Shown one piece after another: positions 1 to 8,122 of a stretch of 20,000 nucleotides of DNA. How positions within the stretch are numbered: the first letter of the stretch is position 1; every line of letters starts with the position of its first letter. The stretch comes from an uncultured virus (IMG/VR IMGVR_UViG_3300025501_000001) (Duplodnaviria > Heunggongvirae > Uroviricota > Caudoviricetes), in IMG/VR virus record IMGVR_UViG_3300025501_000001; one strand, written 5' to 3'. The notes beneath the pieces are model-generated. The model saw nothing but the letters and a program-made list of their open reading frames with translations. It was not told the origin of the DNA and searched no databases. The position numbers and the translations under genes were made by a program.

Positions 1-1308
1 TTCTCAGGGAGCCCCCAGGGGGCTACTCCAACGATAGGCATTACCTTCGACATACCATCTTCGCGCACCTGGGATCACGCGGAGATCTGGTGGCGCAGCA
101 ACAAGCAGCCCACCTGGCAGGACGCCGGGTCGACGCGCACCGGTTCCTTCAGCCTCATGAGCATGGTCGTTGGCGCGACCTATAACATAGCGGTCGTATC
201 CGCGACTGTGAACCAGACCCAACCCTTCTCTGCAGCGCCCCAGGTGTCGATCTATATGGCGCCGCCATTGCCCCCCCCGAACGTCACGAACTTCGGCGTG
301 AGCCAGAACGGGAGCATGGTCGTCGCCTCATGGGACGTTTTGGTCGGTTTTAACGTCGCGTCCTACGAGATTCGGTACAATCCTCGGGGCGACGCTACCT
401 GGGCGGATGGGACGACTGTCACAACGGCCGAGGCGGGTTCGCACCTGGTGAGCGCCAAGGTCGGGCCGGGTGCGTGGACGTTTATGATCTGCGCCCGGGA
501 TATCTGGGGGAATTATAGCGCGATTCCCGCAGCCTGCGACCTTATCATAACCAATCCCAATGTCCTCATGGCCGGTGGCACGAGCGAAGCGGCGAAGGGA
601 TGGCCCGGCCTGTACGCGGATCTCGGGATAGGGGCGCAGTTCGAGCCCGGCACACAGCTTGAGGCGGGGAGCCAGCTTGAGGGTTTAGTTCCTTTAACCT
701 ACGGCTTCGTCCTGCACCCGACAGGCGTCCTGATCCCCAAATCTCAGGGGCTTGCGGTAAATGCCGGATGGGATGCTTTCAACCTTGCGGCCAACCCAGT
801 CCCATTGTGTGTCTATACGACCCTGGAGTTAGACCTGCCGTTCGATGTCCTCTGCCGCGCCCACGGAGAGATATCGTCCGCCCTTGTTCCGGGGGCCACT
901 GGAAGCGCCAACCCCCAGCTCCAGATCGAAACAAAGCTCTCGGGGGGTTCATACAAGGGCTTCATCCCTTGGGGCGTGGGGGACGTGACCTGTCAGGCGG
1001 CACTCATGCAGATCGTTTTGGACACCTCGAAGGGCGTGGCCTACATCAAGGATTTTACGCCGACCCTGGATGCGGAGTTAAGGACGATCCCCTTCATCAA
1101 TCAAGCGATAGCCATCGGGGGAACCGCCATAACCTATGGCACGCCATTCGTGCTGATGCCCAATGTCCAGGCGACCCCCACAGGGTCGGGGTCGGTCCTC
1201 GCCGTGATATCGAATGAAACGGAAAGCGGCTGTACCGTCACACTCTACAACCCGGCAACCGGCGCTTCCGTGGCCGGAAACGCTAACATTACGATCGAAG
1301 GAGTTTAA
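1..1308 (+). CDS. Phage tail tip / host-specificity (J-like) protein, C-terminal part; 5'-truncated by the window edge
   Basis: Frame 1 is open from base 1 to TAA at 1306-1308. FN3-like beta segments (PPPNVTNFGVSQNGSMVVASWD...YEIRY...GAWTFMICARDIWGNYS) and an H-type-lectin-like C-terminus (ITYGTPFVLMPNVQAT). Lies upstream of tail-fibre genes. Confidence 0.7.
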   Translation, partial: FSGSPQGATPTIGITFDIPSSRTWDHAEIWWRSNKQPTWQDAGSTRTGSFSLMSMVVGATYNIAVVSATVNQTQPFSAAPQVSIYMAPPLPPPNVTNFGVSQNGSMVVASWDVLVGFNVASYEIRYNPRGDATWADGTTVTTAEAGSHLVSAKVGPGAWTFMICARDIWGNYSAIPAACDLIITNPNVLMAGGTSEAAKGWPGLYADLGIGAQFEPGTQLEAGSQLEGLVPLTYGFVLHPTGVLIPKSQGLAVNAGWDAFNLAANPVPLCVYTTLELDLPFDVLCRAHGEISSALVPGATGSANPQLQIETKLSGGSYKGFIPWGVGDVTCQAALMQIVLDTSKGVAYIKDFTPTLDAELRTIPFINQAIAIGGTAITYGTPFVLMPNVQATPTGSGSVLAVISNETESGCTVTLYNPATGASVAGNANITIEGV

Positions 1309-1310
1309 CC

Positions 1311-2636
1311 ATGAAGATGTTCAAAGTTCAAGGTTCAAAGTTCAAAGTTCAAAGTTCAAGGTTGGGGAAAGAGAGCTCTATGCTCCATGCTCTATGCTCT
1401 ATGCTTTTGTTGCTGCTTTTGCTCTCTGCTGCTCTTCCGGGAACCGCCGATGCGCGCGAGATATACTACCGGGCGGCCGCCACGGGCAACACCTCCAATT
1501 CCATGGACAACATAAGCACCACGACCCCCGGTGGTGATGGTCACCTTCTGGCGGACGGGGATGTCTGTAACATTCTTAACGGTCAGTTATACGTATACCT
1601 GATGGTTGCGGCCTCCGGTGCTACGCCCGATCCCCCTTACGTCGTAGAACCAGCCACATCACCCGGAAACATGCGGTGGATATGGCAGCTTCCGGCTGGG
1701 ATTACCTACCCCGCTGCGGGGGTGGCCGTCAGCCCCGGCACAGGCGGTCCTTGGAGTGCGTCGCTCACGGTGGGCATTGCGGCGAATAACCTCGTGCAGC
1801 TGGATGCCTATAACAGGCTCCCGGCCGTAAGCGGGGCCAACCTCACCGGCCTCAACTTCCAGGCAGCGTACAGCATCCTCTCTACACTCGGCAACCTCGC
1901 TAACGGCGCGGGCTGGCTTTACAACAACGGATCGGGCGGCCTGTCATATTCGACGCCCAGCAGCGTTGCCTATGCAACCTCGGCGGGATCAGCCAGCTCT
2001 GCTTCATATGCAACCTCCACAGGCTCGGCAGGCTCGCTTAACGCCGCCTCCGCCCTCCCAAACGGGACCACGGCAACAACCCCATGCTTTGGTCAGTCCG
2101 GTGCCCCATGTTATAACGGCGTCGATTTCTCAACTAAGATTGCAACAACATACTGGGTACAGCAGTGGACAGCGGCAACTTATCAAGCTCTAGGCGGCGG
2201 CGACGGAGACTATGCGGACTACCAACCCCTGGCAAAATCCGCAAACCAGGTGCCGAACATAGTTTATGGCAAAGTCTACTGCGATACCGACCAGGGCGCG
2301 CAAATCTGCACAAGCAGGGCGCAAATAGCCGTCATGGGGATAGCTTCGGACATCCACGGACAGGTCGTGGGGCTGGACCGGAAAGAAGGGGGTGTCCCTC
2401 TCGCGGTCGCGGGATGGGTGTTGGCTTACTGTGACCGGCAATATCCCATCGGAACGGTATTAACCAATGATGCGTCCGGCAATCTGACCGTGATGACCGA
2501 CGCGGAGAAGGCGGCATATCCCGAAAGGATCGTCGCAACGTATCAAAGACCGGAGCCCCTGCAATATTCGTCAGTCAGGAACAAAGAGGGGGTCCACGTC
2601 CTGGTCGATGGACGAGCCTGGGTCAGGGTGAAATGA
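1311..2636 (+). CDS. Putative tail fibre/spike protein with C-terminal chaperone/autoproteolysis-like domain; N-terminus partly encoded by heptamer repeats
   Basis: 441-aa ORF with SD AAGGAG at 1298-1303. Ala/Ser/Gly-rich fibre repeats (YATSAGSASSASYATSTGSAGS, LVQLDAYNRLPAVSGANLT). C-terminal DYADY...GIASD...VPLAVAGWV...GTVLTND pattern resembles peptidase G2/IMC-type fibre C-termini. Confidence 0.6.
   Translation: MKMFKVQGSKFKVQSSRLGKESSMLHALCSMLLLLLLLSAALPGTADAREIYYRAAATGNTSNSMDNISTTTPGGDGHLLADGDVCNILNGQLYVYLMVAASGATPDPPYVVEPATSPGNMRWIWQLPAGITYPAAGVAVSPGTGGPWSASLTVGIAANNLVQLDAYNRLPAVSGANLTGLNFQAAYSILSTLGNLANGAGWLYNNGSGGLSYSTPSSVAYATSAGSASSASYATSTGSAGSLNAASALPNGTTATTPCFGQSGAPCYNGVDFSTKIATTYWVQQWTAATYQALGGGDGDYADYQPLAKSANQVPNIVYGKVYCDTDQGAQICTSRAQIAVMGIASDIHGQVVGLDRKEGGVPLAVAGWVLAYCDRQYPIGTVLTNDASGNLTVMTDAEKAAYPERIVATYQRPEPLQYSSVRNKEGVHVLVDGRAWVRVK
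1317..1405 (+). repeat. Heptamer element: left arm (GTTCAAR)n-GGTTGGGGAAAGAGAG followed by reverse-oriented type-B heptamers (CTCTATG/CTCCATG)
   Basis: ATGTTCAAAGTTCAAGGTTCAAAGTTCAAAGTTCAAAGTTCAAGGTTGGGGAAAGAGAG then CTCTATGCTCCATGCTCTATGCTCTATGCT. Confidence 0.9.
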
Positions 2637-2642
2637 TATGAA

Positions 2643-2755
2643 ATGTTCAAGGTTCAAGGTTCGAGGTTGCCCCTTTGGGGCGTTCAAGGTTCTATGTTCA
2701 ATGTTCAAGGTTGAAATCCTCTCTTTCCCCAACCTTGAACCTTGAACCTTGAACA
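2643..2755. repeat. Palindromic GTTCAAG/CTTGAAC heptamer element (compound; includes a full copy in reverse orientation)
   Basis: Intergenic. CTCTCTTTCCCCAACCTTGAACCTTGAACCTTGAACA is nearly the reverse complement of the arm at 1317-1375. Ends directly at the SD AAGGAGG of the next gene. Confidence 0.9.
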
Positions 2756-2766
2756 AGGAGGTTAAC

Positions 2767-3852
2767 ATGAGCGTAGCGCAATACATCCAAAACGACTGCA
2801 CCAAAATGTCTCCGGGAGCGGAGTATATGGCGGCCCTCGACGGCAACACGCAGGTTCTGGCCCAGATCGGCCGGGCCTTCGCGCCGCATCAGAACAGCCC
2901 GGCAGCGATGAATATTCAAGTCGATGCGGGGAGCCTCATCAATACTGCAACGGGGGCAGTCGTCAGCCAGGCGGTGCAGACATCGGGGACGATCACGGCA
3001 CCATCGTCGCATCCGAGGATCGATCTCGCCGTGGTCAATGCGATTACAGGAGTCCTCTCAGTCGTCACAGGCACGGAGGCATCAAGCCCCGTGGCCCCTG
3101 CATGCCCGGTGGGTTCGATCCCCCTGGCGCAAATCGCCCTTGCCGTGGGGCAGACAAGCATCGTTAATACCAACCTGACGGACGTCCGGACCTTCCTCGC
3201 CGTCCCTCCGCCTTTCGCGCGGACCCGCCAGGTCTTCGGGAGCGGCAACGGCACATACACGGCGCCTGCCGGGGTCAAATACATCGTCGTCAGGATGATA
3301 GGCGGTGGGGGCGGCGGCGCAGGAAGCGGATCGGCGGGAGCCGGAAACGGAGGAACAGGTGGAAATACTACCTTTGGCACAACCCTTTTAGCCGCTAATG
3401 GGGGGAGCGGGGCGAATTCGGGCGGACCCGGCCATGGGGGAGCGGGCGGCTCGGCTTCCCTGGGAAGTGGGCCAACAGGAATAGCATTGACTGGCGGGTA
3501 TGGTTGCCCTGCGGTAATAACTATTAATTCCACCTCTGTTTCTGGCGGAAACGGTGCATCCACTCCTTTCGGGGGTTCGGGAGGGGGCGGGGGCTTTACG
3601 GCGAATGGGATTGCTGGAGTGTCCAATACAGGTGCTGGAGGAGGAGGAGGGGGAACGGGGAATGACAGCGCTGTGATTTCCGGCGGTGGTGGGGGTGCAG
3701 GTGGCTTCATTGACGCCCTAATTACAGCACCAGCCGCCAGCTATTCTTATGCGGTCGGAGCAGCCGGGTCTGCGGGTTCAGCGGGCACAGCAGGAAATGC
3801 GGGCGGCGCAGGCGGATCGGGCATCATCATAGTGGATGAGTTCTACAACTGA
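2767..3852 (+). CDS. Glycine-rich phage tail fibre-like protein
   Basis: SD AAGGAGG then ATG at 2767. N-terminal attachment-type domain (HPRIDLAVVN...PLAQIALAVGQTSIVNTNLTDVR), then GTYTAPAGVKYIVVRMIGGGGGG and a Gly-rich domain ending GGSGIIIVDEFYN. Confidence 0.75.
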   Translation: MSVAQYIQNDCTKMSPGAEYMAALDGNTQVLAQIGRAFAPHQNSPAAMNIQVDAGSLINTATGAVVSQAVQTSGTITAPSSHPRIDLAVVNAITGVLSVVTGTEASSPVAPACPVGSIPLAQIALAVGQTSIVNTNLTDVRTFLAVPPPFARTRQVFGSGNGTYTAPAGVKYIVVRMIGGGGGGAGSGSAGAGNGGTGGNTTFGTTLLAANGGSGANSGGPGHGGAGGSASLGSGPTGIALTGGYGCPAVITINSTSVSGGNGASTPFGGSGGGGGFTANGIAGVSNTGAGGGGGGTGNDSAVISGGGGGAGGFIDALITAPAASYSYAVGAAGSAGSAGTAGNAGGAGGSGIIIVDEFYN

Positions 3853-4462
3853 AAGGGGATTTTCGGATATGAACGTAGAACCAGCGGGACCCATAATCGG
3901 GGAAATCGATGGGGGCGGAAACCCAGGCGATCCGGCCTTCCGCTTTCCGGACCGTCGCCTCTATCATTCCGAGATTGCGGCATACGCCACCGCCCTGCTG
4001 GTGCTCAAGGCTTTCATTGTAGGCATCGTCGGTGACGCCATTGGGGTGGTCGGCAAATTGAAGCGCGAAAAGGCCGCCCTTCTTGAGGGAGCGAAGCACA
4101 TGGCGAATCTGCCTTTCAAGGTCGGCATTGCTCATGTGCTGTGTGACAAGGTGGGAAATTGCAAGGTCAAAGCGGCCCGCAGGAAGGTCGGCAGGGTCGA
4201 GCCACCCCCGTTTGATCGATCCTTTTACCCTTTCCAAGGCTGCGCGTGTGATGTCCAGGGCGTAGACTCTGCATCCTATCTTTCTCAACTGCCGAACGTC
4301 CTCGCCGCCTCCAACGCCGATCTCCAAAATGCGTTTCCACCGGTGCACCCGATCTACAATATTCATGGCCTCCCAGAGAGAAGGGCCGCCGTAGTTGGAA
4401 ACAAAGAAAGAGCCCGGCGTGTTGTGGCAGATCTCCCACCACTGTTCAATTGTCTGCACCAA
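3827..4462 (-). CDS. Class I SAM-dependent methyltransferase (moron-like)
   Basis: Motif I RILEIGVGGG, acidic VYALDIT, FDLAISHLVTQHM, LKKGGLFALQF. Start is TTG 4462 or GTG 4459; an in-frame TAG lies just upstream. Confidence 0.8.
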   Translation of the reverse strand: MVQTIEQWWEICHNTPGSFFVSNYGGPSLWEAMNIVDRVHRWKRILEIGVGGGEDVRQLRKIGCRVYALDITRAALERVKGSIKRGWLDPADLPAGRFDLAISHLVTQHMSNADLERQIRHVLRSLKKGGLFALQFADHPNGVTDDAYNESLEHQQGGGVCRNLGMIEATVRKAEGRIAWVSAPIDFPDYGSRWFYVHIRKSPFSCRTHPL

Positions 4463-4465
4463 TCC

Positions 4466-4493
4466 ATTCTACCATCGCATGGGGCGATGTCAA
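4466..4493 (-). promoter_or_regulatory. Sigma70-like promoter for the methyltransferase (probably leaderless mRNA)
   Basis: Minus strand reads TTGACA-16 nt-TAGAAT with an extended -10 TG. The -10 box ends 6 nt before the GTG at 4459. Confidence 0.6.
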
Positions 4494-4628
4494 GATTGAG
4501 GCGATACGATGAGAAGGAAATAAGGACGCGCGGCCAGGCGGTGTGGATGCCGCTTTCGGGAACTACCCTAATGCCGCTCTTACAGAATGGAACGCCCGAG
4601 TAACAAAAAGTCAAGGAGATAAAACTTT

Positions 4629-4877
4629 TTAGCGCGGCAACTGGATGAAGCCTGCGCCGCCCTTCCATCGGGGCTCCTCTTTTGCGGGCTCCGGCTCGGT
4701 CTGCTCGGCCATTGGGGCGATCCGGCCGCCGATCCTCCGGAGCTCCTCGAGCATCGCCCTTTGAGTTTCGATCAGGACATTGACCTTCCAGTACCAGAGC
4801 ATCACCGATCGCAGGACGAGGAAAATAAGCAGGGCTATCAAAAAGGTCAGGACCAGGTCACTAAGCATCGCCTTCAC
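4629..4877 (-). CDS. Small membrane protein (moron-like)
   Basis: 82 aa with a hydrophobic helix (LVLTFLIALLIFLVLRSVMLWYWKVN) followed by a charged tail; AAAGGGG upstream of the GTG. Confidence 0.65.
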   Translation of the reverse strand: MKAMLSDLVLTFLIALLIFLVLRSVMLWYWKVNVLIETQRAMLEELRRIGGRIAPMAEQTEPEPAKEEPRWKGGAGFIQLPR

Positions 4878-5000
4878 CCCCTTTAACTCAACGACCCGCG
4901 TAGCGGGTGCCCCGAAACTTAAAACTCAACACTGTCTTTCTTCGTTATGTACTCCAATGCGCGATGAAATGCAACAATATTCTGCGGCAATGCCGGAGGG

Positions 5001-5270
5001 GCAGAGAGCAGGGAGCAGGGAGCAGAGAACAGCAGAGAGCATGGAGCCCGCGCCTGCGGCGCTCCGGAGGATAGAGATGTTCAAGGTTCAAGGTTCGAAG
5101 TTCGAAGTTTTAAAAAGGCGGGGTTTTAACCTTGAACTTTGAACCCTGAACCTTGAACATCTCTGAACCCTGAACCTTGAACATCCCTCATCCCTGAACC
5201 CTGAATCTTGAACTTTGAACATCCCTATAGTAAAATGAACCTTGAACTTTGAACATTGAACCTTGAACAT
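5001..5270. repeat. Compound heptamer locus: type-B repeats (5001-5047) plus a palindromic type-A element with extra right-arm runs (5077-5270)
   Basis: GCAGAGAGCAGGGAGCAGGGAGCAGAGAACAGCAGAGAGCATGGAGC, then ATGTTCAAGGTTCAAGGTTCGAAG...TAAAAAGGCGGGGTTTTAACCTTGAACTTTGAACCCTGAACCTTGAACAT and three more (YYTGAAC)n runs. Confidence 0.9.
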
Positions 5271-5293
5271 TCTTCCGAACGGGGAGCAAGAGC

Positions 5294-5881
5294 ATGTCCG
5301 TCCACGTGGAGTGTCCCGGCTGCCGGCAAAAGAACAGCCTCAGGAATAAGCGGTGCACCTGCGGCAGGGACCTGGACAGGGCGAAGAGGGCAGGGCGCAT
5401 CAGGTATTGGATCCATTACCGGATACCGGTCGAACGCCCGGACGGCGCGATAGAGATGCGTCAGCGATGTGAGCTGGCGGCTCGTTCCCTGCCGGAGGCC
5501 CGCGACGTCGAGGCCGAGCGCCGGCTCCAGAAACGGGAAAATGGGGTCTTCAAGGTCCTCCCCTTCCTCCCCTCCCGTCGCAAGACCTTCCCGGAAGCTC
5601 CGGCGGCAATAGCCAATGTGCCCAATTTAGAACGCTTCGTGGCCATGGAACTACTATCGTGTGTCTACTTTTTGTGCCTCAAGGGTACTGTCGTTTACAT
5701 AGGCCAGAGCGTAGAACTTCCACAACGTATCGCTACGCATAAGAAACAGAAAATTTTTGACAGCGTTTATTTCGTTGCTGTACCCAAAGCCATGCTGGAC
5801 AAAGTAGAGCGACATTACATTCAAACCCTGAAACCAAGACTCAACAGTATTCGCGGGGCACTATCCTCTCCAGTCGGATAA
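5294..5881 (+). CDS. Zn-ribbon/arm-DNA-binding-like N-terminus fused to a GIY-YIG-like nuclease domain
   Basis: CPGC...CTCG Zn motif and RIRYWIHYR; C-terminal CVYFLCLKGTVVYIGQS...QRIATH...VERHYIQTLKPRLN fits the GIY-YIG pattern. Confidence 0.6.
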   Translation: MSVHVECPGCRQKNSLRNKRCTCGRDLDRAKRAGRIRYWIHYRIPVERPDGAIEMRQRCELAARSLPEARDVEAERRLQKRENGVFKVLPFLPSRRKTFPEAPAAIANVPNLERFVAMELLSCVYFLCLKGTVVYIGQSVELPQRIATHKKQKIFDSVYFVAVPKAMLDKVERHYIQTLKPRLNSIRGALSSPVG

Positions 5882-5914
5882 ATGCCCGCTCCGGCCTCAT
5901 TGCGGGCATTTATC
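5877..5914. terminator. 13-bp perfect inverted repeat; possible terminator between convergent genes
   Basis: GATAAATGCCCGC-12 nt-GCGGGCATTTATC at the stop codon of the 5294-5881 ORF. Confidence 0.55.
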
Positions 5915-6017
5915 GCCGTTGTCCATTGATATTCATAGGCATCTATCATTATTGTCTACGCCGCATAAAGGCTAACTACGCAGCATCATATACTATTTAC
6001 CGCTTACGGCCCCCTTG

Positions 6018-6062
6018 TTCCTAATCCTGGTGCCAGGTGTTCGAGTCACCTCGGGGGCACCA
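6018..6062 (+). mobile_element. attP core: 3' half of a tRNA-Arg(CCT) gene
   Basis: Anticodon loop TTCCTAA (6018-6024), T-arm AGGTG-TTCGAGT-CACCT, acceptor 3' strand CGGGGGC-A-CCA. No D-arm or 5' anticodon stem. Lies 3 nt from the integrase stop, with phage genes on both sides. Confidence 0.85.
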
Positions 6063-6065
6063 TTT

Positions 6066-7139
6066 TTAAGGCTTTTTGGAAGGGTCGTCTTTTTCGCGTT
6101 GTCCACCGTTGTCCACGGCTTCTCGCTCGTAGGCCTCCGCGAGGCGTTTCGACGCCTGCCGCTTCTTCTTCATCGTGACCTGCGCGTACCACTGGGTCTG
6201 CTCGATGTCGAGATGCCCGAGGAGTTCCTGAACGGTCCTGATGTCCGTATCCTCCTCGAGGTGATGCGTGGCGTTTGAATGACGCAGGAGATGCGGGTAG
6301 ACGCGCTTGGTAATACCCGCTTTTTTTGCGAGGGTCGTAAGCGACTTGTTCATGCGTTTGACCGGCTTCCCCGTCTGCCTGTTGAGAAAAATGAATCCCT
6401 CCATCCTGGCGGGGGCGATGGCGTGAAGCCACTCCAGCACGATCGCGGGCACCGGCTCGATGCGCTGACGGTTTCCCTTCCCCGTCACCCTGATCACCCC
6501 GGCTTCCCGGTCCAAGTCATCCCATTCCGCCTGATTGACCTCCTGGCGCCTAAGGCCCACGAAGTACAGCAGGCCGAAGTACGCTTTCTGGCGGGGTCCA
6601 GCCTTCGACAAAAGCTTGACGACCTCGCCAATTGAGAGGACAAGGGGGACCGGCCTGCTTGCGGACAGCCGCTCGATGGCAAGGGGCTTCAGATCGGGAT
6701 AGAGGCTGTTCTTACACCACCGCCGGAAGCCGGAGAACCAGGAAAGCTCTTTGTTAATGGTGCGGTTCTTGACGCCCTCTGCCTTTCTTGCGGCCTTGTA
6801 GAGATCTATGTAGGCAGTGCTGATCGTGACGACCTCTATGTTCCCCAGGTGTTGCCCGAAGTGCTTCCCGACCGTTTCTATGTCGGCTGCGGTGCTGGGC
6901 AGGCGGTTCACCCGCGCGTAGGCGACGTACTGCGGCCAGAGGTCGTTGATCGTGGATCCACAGGGCTCCGAAGCGACAAGGCCCTTTTCCTCCTTTTGCC
7001 CCCTGATCGTCCTTTCCCAGGCCCTCGCCTGCTCTTCGGTGTCGACGCCCGGTGGGAGACGGAGCCGGATTCTTTTCCCGCGCCGGCCATCGGGGTAGTA
7101 GTCGACGTAGTAGGAGCCTTTGCGAAGGATAATGGCCAT
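6066..7139 (-). CDS. int: Tyrosine recombinase / phage integrase
   Basis: Likely ATG 7139 (MAIILRKGSYYVDYYPDGRRGKRIRLRL, arm-binding-like). Catalytic set present: GLRRQE (R), TGKGNR (K), HLLRH, LLGH, TQWY (Y). Confidence 0.95.
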   Translation of the reverse strand: MAIILRKGSYYVDYYPDGRRGKRIRLRLPPGVDTEEQARAWERTIRGQKEEKGLVASEPCGSTINDLWPQYVAYARVNRLPSTAADIETVGKHFGQHLGNIEVVTISTAYIDLYKAARKAEGVKNRTINKELSWFSGFRRWCKNSLYPDLKPLAIERLSASRPVPLVLSIGEVVKLLSKAGPRQKAYFGLLYFVGLRRQEVNQAEWDDLDREAGVIRVTGKGNRQRIEPVPAIVLEWLHAIAPARMEGFIFLNRQTGKPVKRMNKSLTTLAKKAGITKRVYPHLLRHSNATHHLEEDTDIRTVQELLGHLDIEQTQWYAQVTMKKKRQASKRLAEAYEREAVDNGGQREKDDPSKKP

Positions 7140-7140
7140 G

Positions 7141-7521
7141 TCAGGGGCTGATATACTCGCGGGGCACGTAACCGGCCCGACCCTGCATCCCGCCCTCAAG
7201 GATTCTGATTTTTCTCACACCCAGTGCCCCATAATCGATCACTAACACCCTTGTGCCGTTATTAACGGTGAATATCAGGCCAGCCTGCATCAGATGGAAT
7301 TGACCATAGTTGTCATTGGCCCCTCTGGCTTTTTGCCATTTGTCGAAAGCGTCCTCGGTTGCGGCTACCGCGACAAGGCTCCCTCCCTGGACCATAAGCC
7401 GACCCTGCTGCCCAATGGGCACGCTCGGTTGATCGTCAATACAGCCACATGTGAGCCATGACAAGCAAATCAATATCGCCGCTAAGGCGAGGGCTTTCCT
7501 GGGTAATAATTTACGCTTCAT
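7141..7521 (-). CDS. Putative lipoprotein (possible superinfection-exclusion gene) between repressor and integrase
   Basis: Basic N-terminus, hydrophobic stretch and lipobox-like LTCGC. Function is inferred only from position. Confidence 0.6.
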   Translation of the reverse strand: MKRKLLPRKALALAAILICLSWLTCGCIDDQPSVPIGQQGRLMVQGGSLVAVAATEDAFDKWQKARGANDNYGQFHLMQAGLIFTVNNGTRVLVIDYGALGVRKIRILEGGMQGRAGYVPREYISP

Positions 7522-7547
7522 GCCTCACCCCCTAAACCTGAGATAGA

Positions 7548-8093
7548 TTACGTTTCCCTCACGTCGCCGGGAGGGACGGCTGGGTTTAGGCGTTTCTTCA
7601 GCGCCTCGATGTTCTGTTCTAATCGTCTGATTTTTTCGTCCCTCTCCAGGGATTTTTTGAAGGCGCGGATGTTCTGTTTGAGGGCCTCTTTTGTCCCCGA
7701 ATCCCGGGACATCATGATCTCTATGACCGTGTCGACCAGTTCCTGAACCTCTTTCGACTGGTCGGTGCCGAGATAGACGACGCCGCTCTCGCCCAATATT
7801 TCTCGCAGTTCGCCGGTTCCGTGCCTTTCCTTTCGCTTGGCTGGCAGCAACGGAGACGGGCCCTTCCCCCGCACTATCCATTCAGTAGTGGCGTCACAGA
7901 GCGCCGCCATGGCTATGAGGGCGGACTTTATGGGCATCGCGCCCCCCTCGTACCTCGATAGGGACGCCTGGGTCACCCCGATGAGTCGGGCAAATTCCTC
8001 CTGGCGCATCCTTCCGCGTAACCTCCTGATTCTTTTACCCATTTCCGGGTTCTCGGAAAAATCTTTATCCCCGGTGTATTTTTTTCTTGACAT
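7548..8093 (-). CDS. XRE-family HTH phage repressor (cI-like); alternative start at 8042
   Basis: MGKRIRRLRGRMRQEEFARLIGVTQASLSRYEGG...TTEWIVRGKG HTH_3 pattern; divergent from a cro-like gene; no S24 peptidase domain evident. Confidence 0.85.
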   Translation of the reverse strand: MSRKKYTGDKDFSENPEMGKRIRRLRGRMRQEEFARLIGVTQASLSRYEGGAMPIKSALIAMAALCDATTEWIVRGKGPSPLLPAKRKERHGTGELREILGESGVVYLGTDQSKEVQELVDTVIEIMMSRDSGTKEALKQNIRAFKKSLERDEKIRRLEQNIEALKKRLNPAVPPGDVRET

Positions 8094-8116
8094 GATTTAT
8101 CCACTGTGTATAAAAT
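8064..8116 (+). promoter_or_regulatory. Rightward early promoter with two operator-like direct repeats
   Basis: TTGACA 8087-8092 and TATAAAAT 8109-8116. Repeats TTTATCCccgGTGTAT (8064-8079) and TTTATCCactGTGTAT (8096-8111). Confidence 0.65.
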
Positions 8117-8122
8117 TCATTC

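Noticed and set aside
2916..3710. 264-aa proline-rich minus-strand ORF
   Set aside because: Antisense shadow of the Gly-rich tail fibre gene.
1311..3852. Diversity-generating retroelement or invertible tail-fibre cassette
   Set aside because: No reverse transcriptase, no TR/VR pair differing at adenines, and no inverted duplicate fibre C-termini are visible in this window.
3836..4603. 255-aa plus-strand ORF
   Set aside because: Antisense to the methyltransferase, which has clear motifs and its own promoter; no recognisable features of its own.
5077..5270. Heptamer repeat clusters as a CRISPR array
   Set aside because: Units are 7-nt tandem or inverted repeats without unique 25-45-nt spacers between identical direct repeats.
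4780..5270. Short MFKVQGS-type ORFs (4780-5142, 5088-5270, and similar ones at 2571-2849 and 14405-14620)
   Set aside because: Translations of the heptamer repeats, with no independent coding evidence.
5990..6062. Complete tRNA gene
   Set aside because: Only the anticodon loop to CCA is present. GCCCCC at 6009-6014 could pair with the acceptor strand, but there is no room for a D-arm or 5' anticodon stem.
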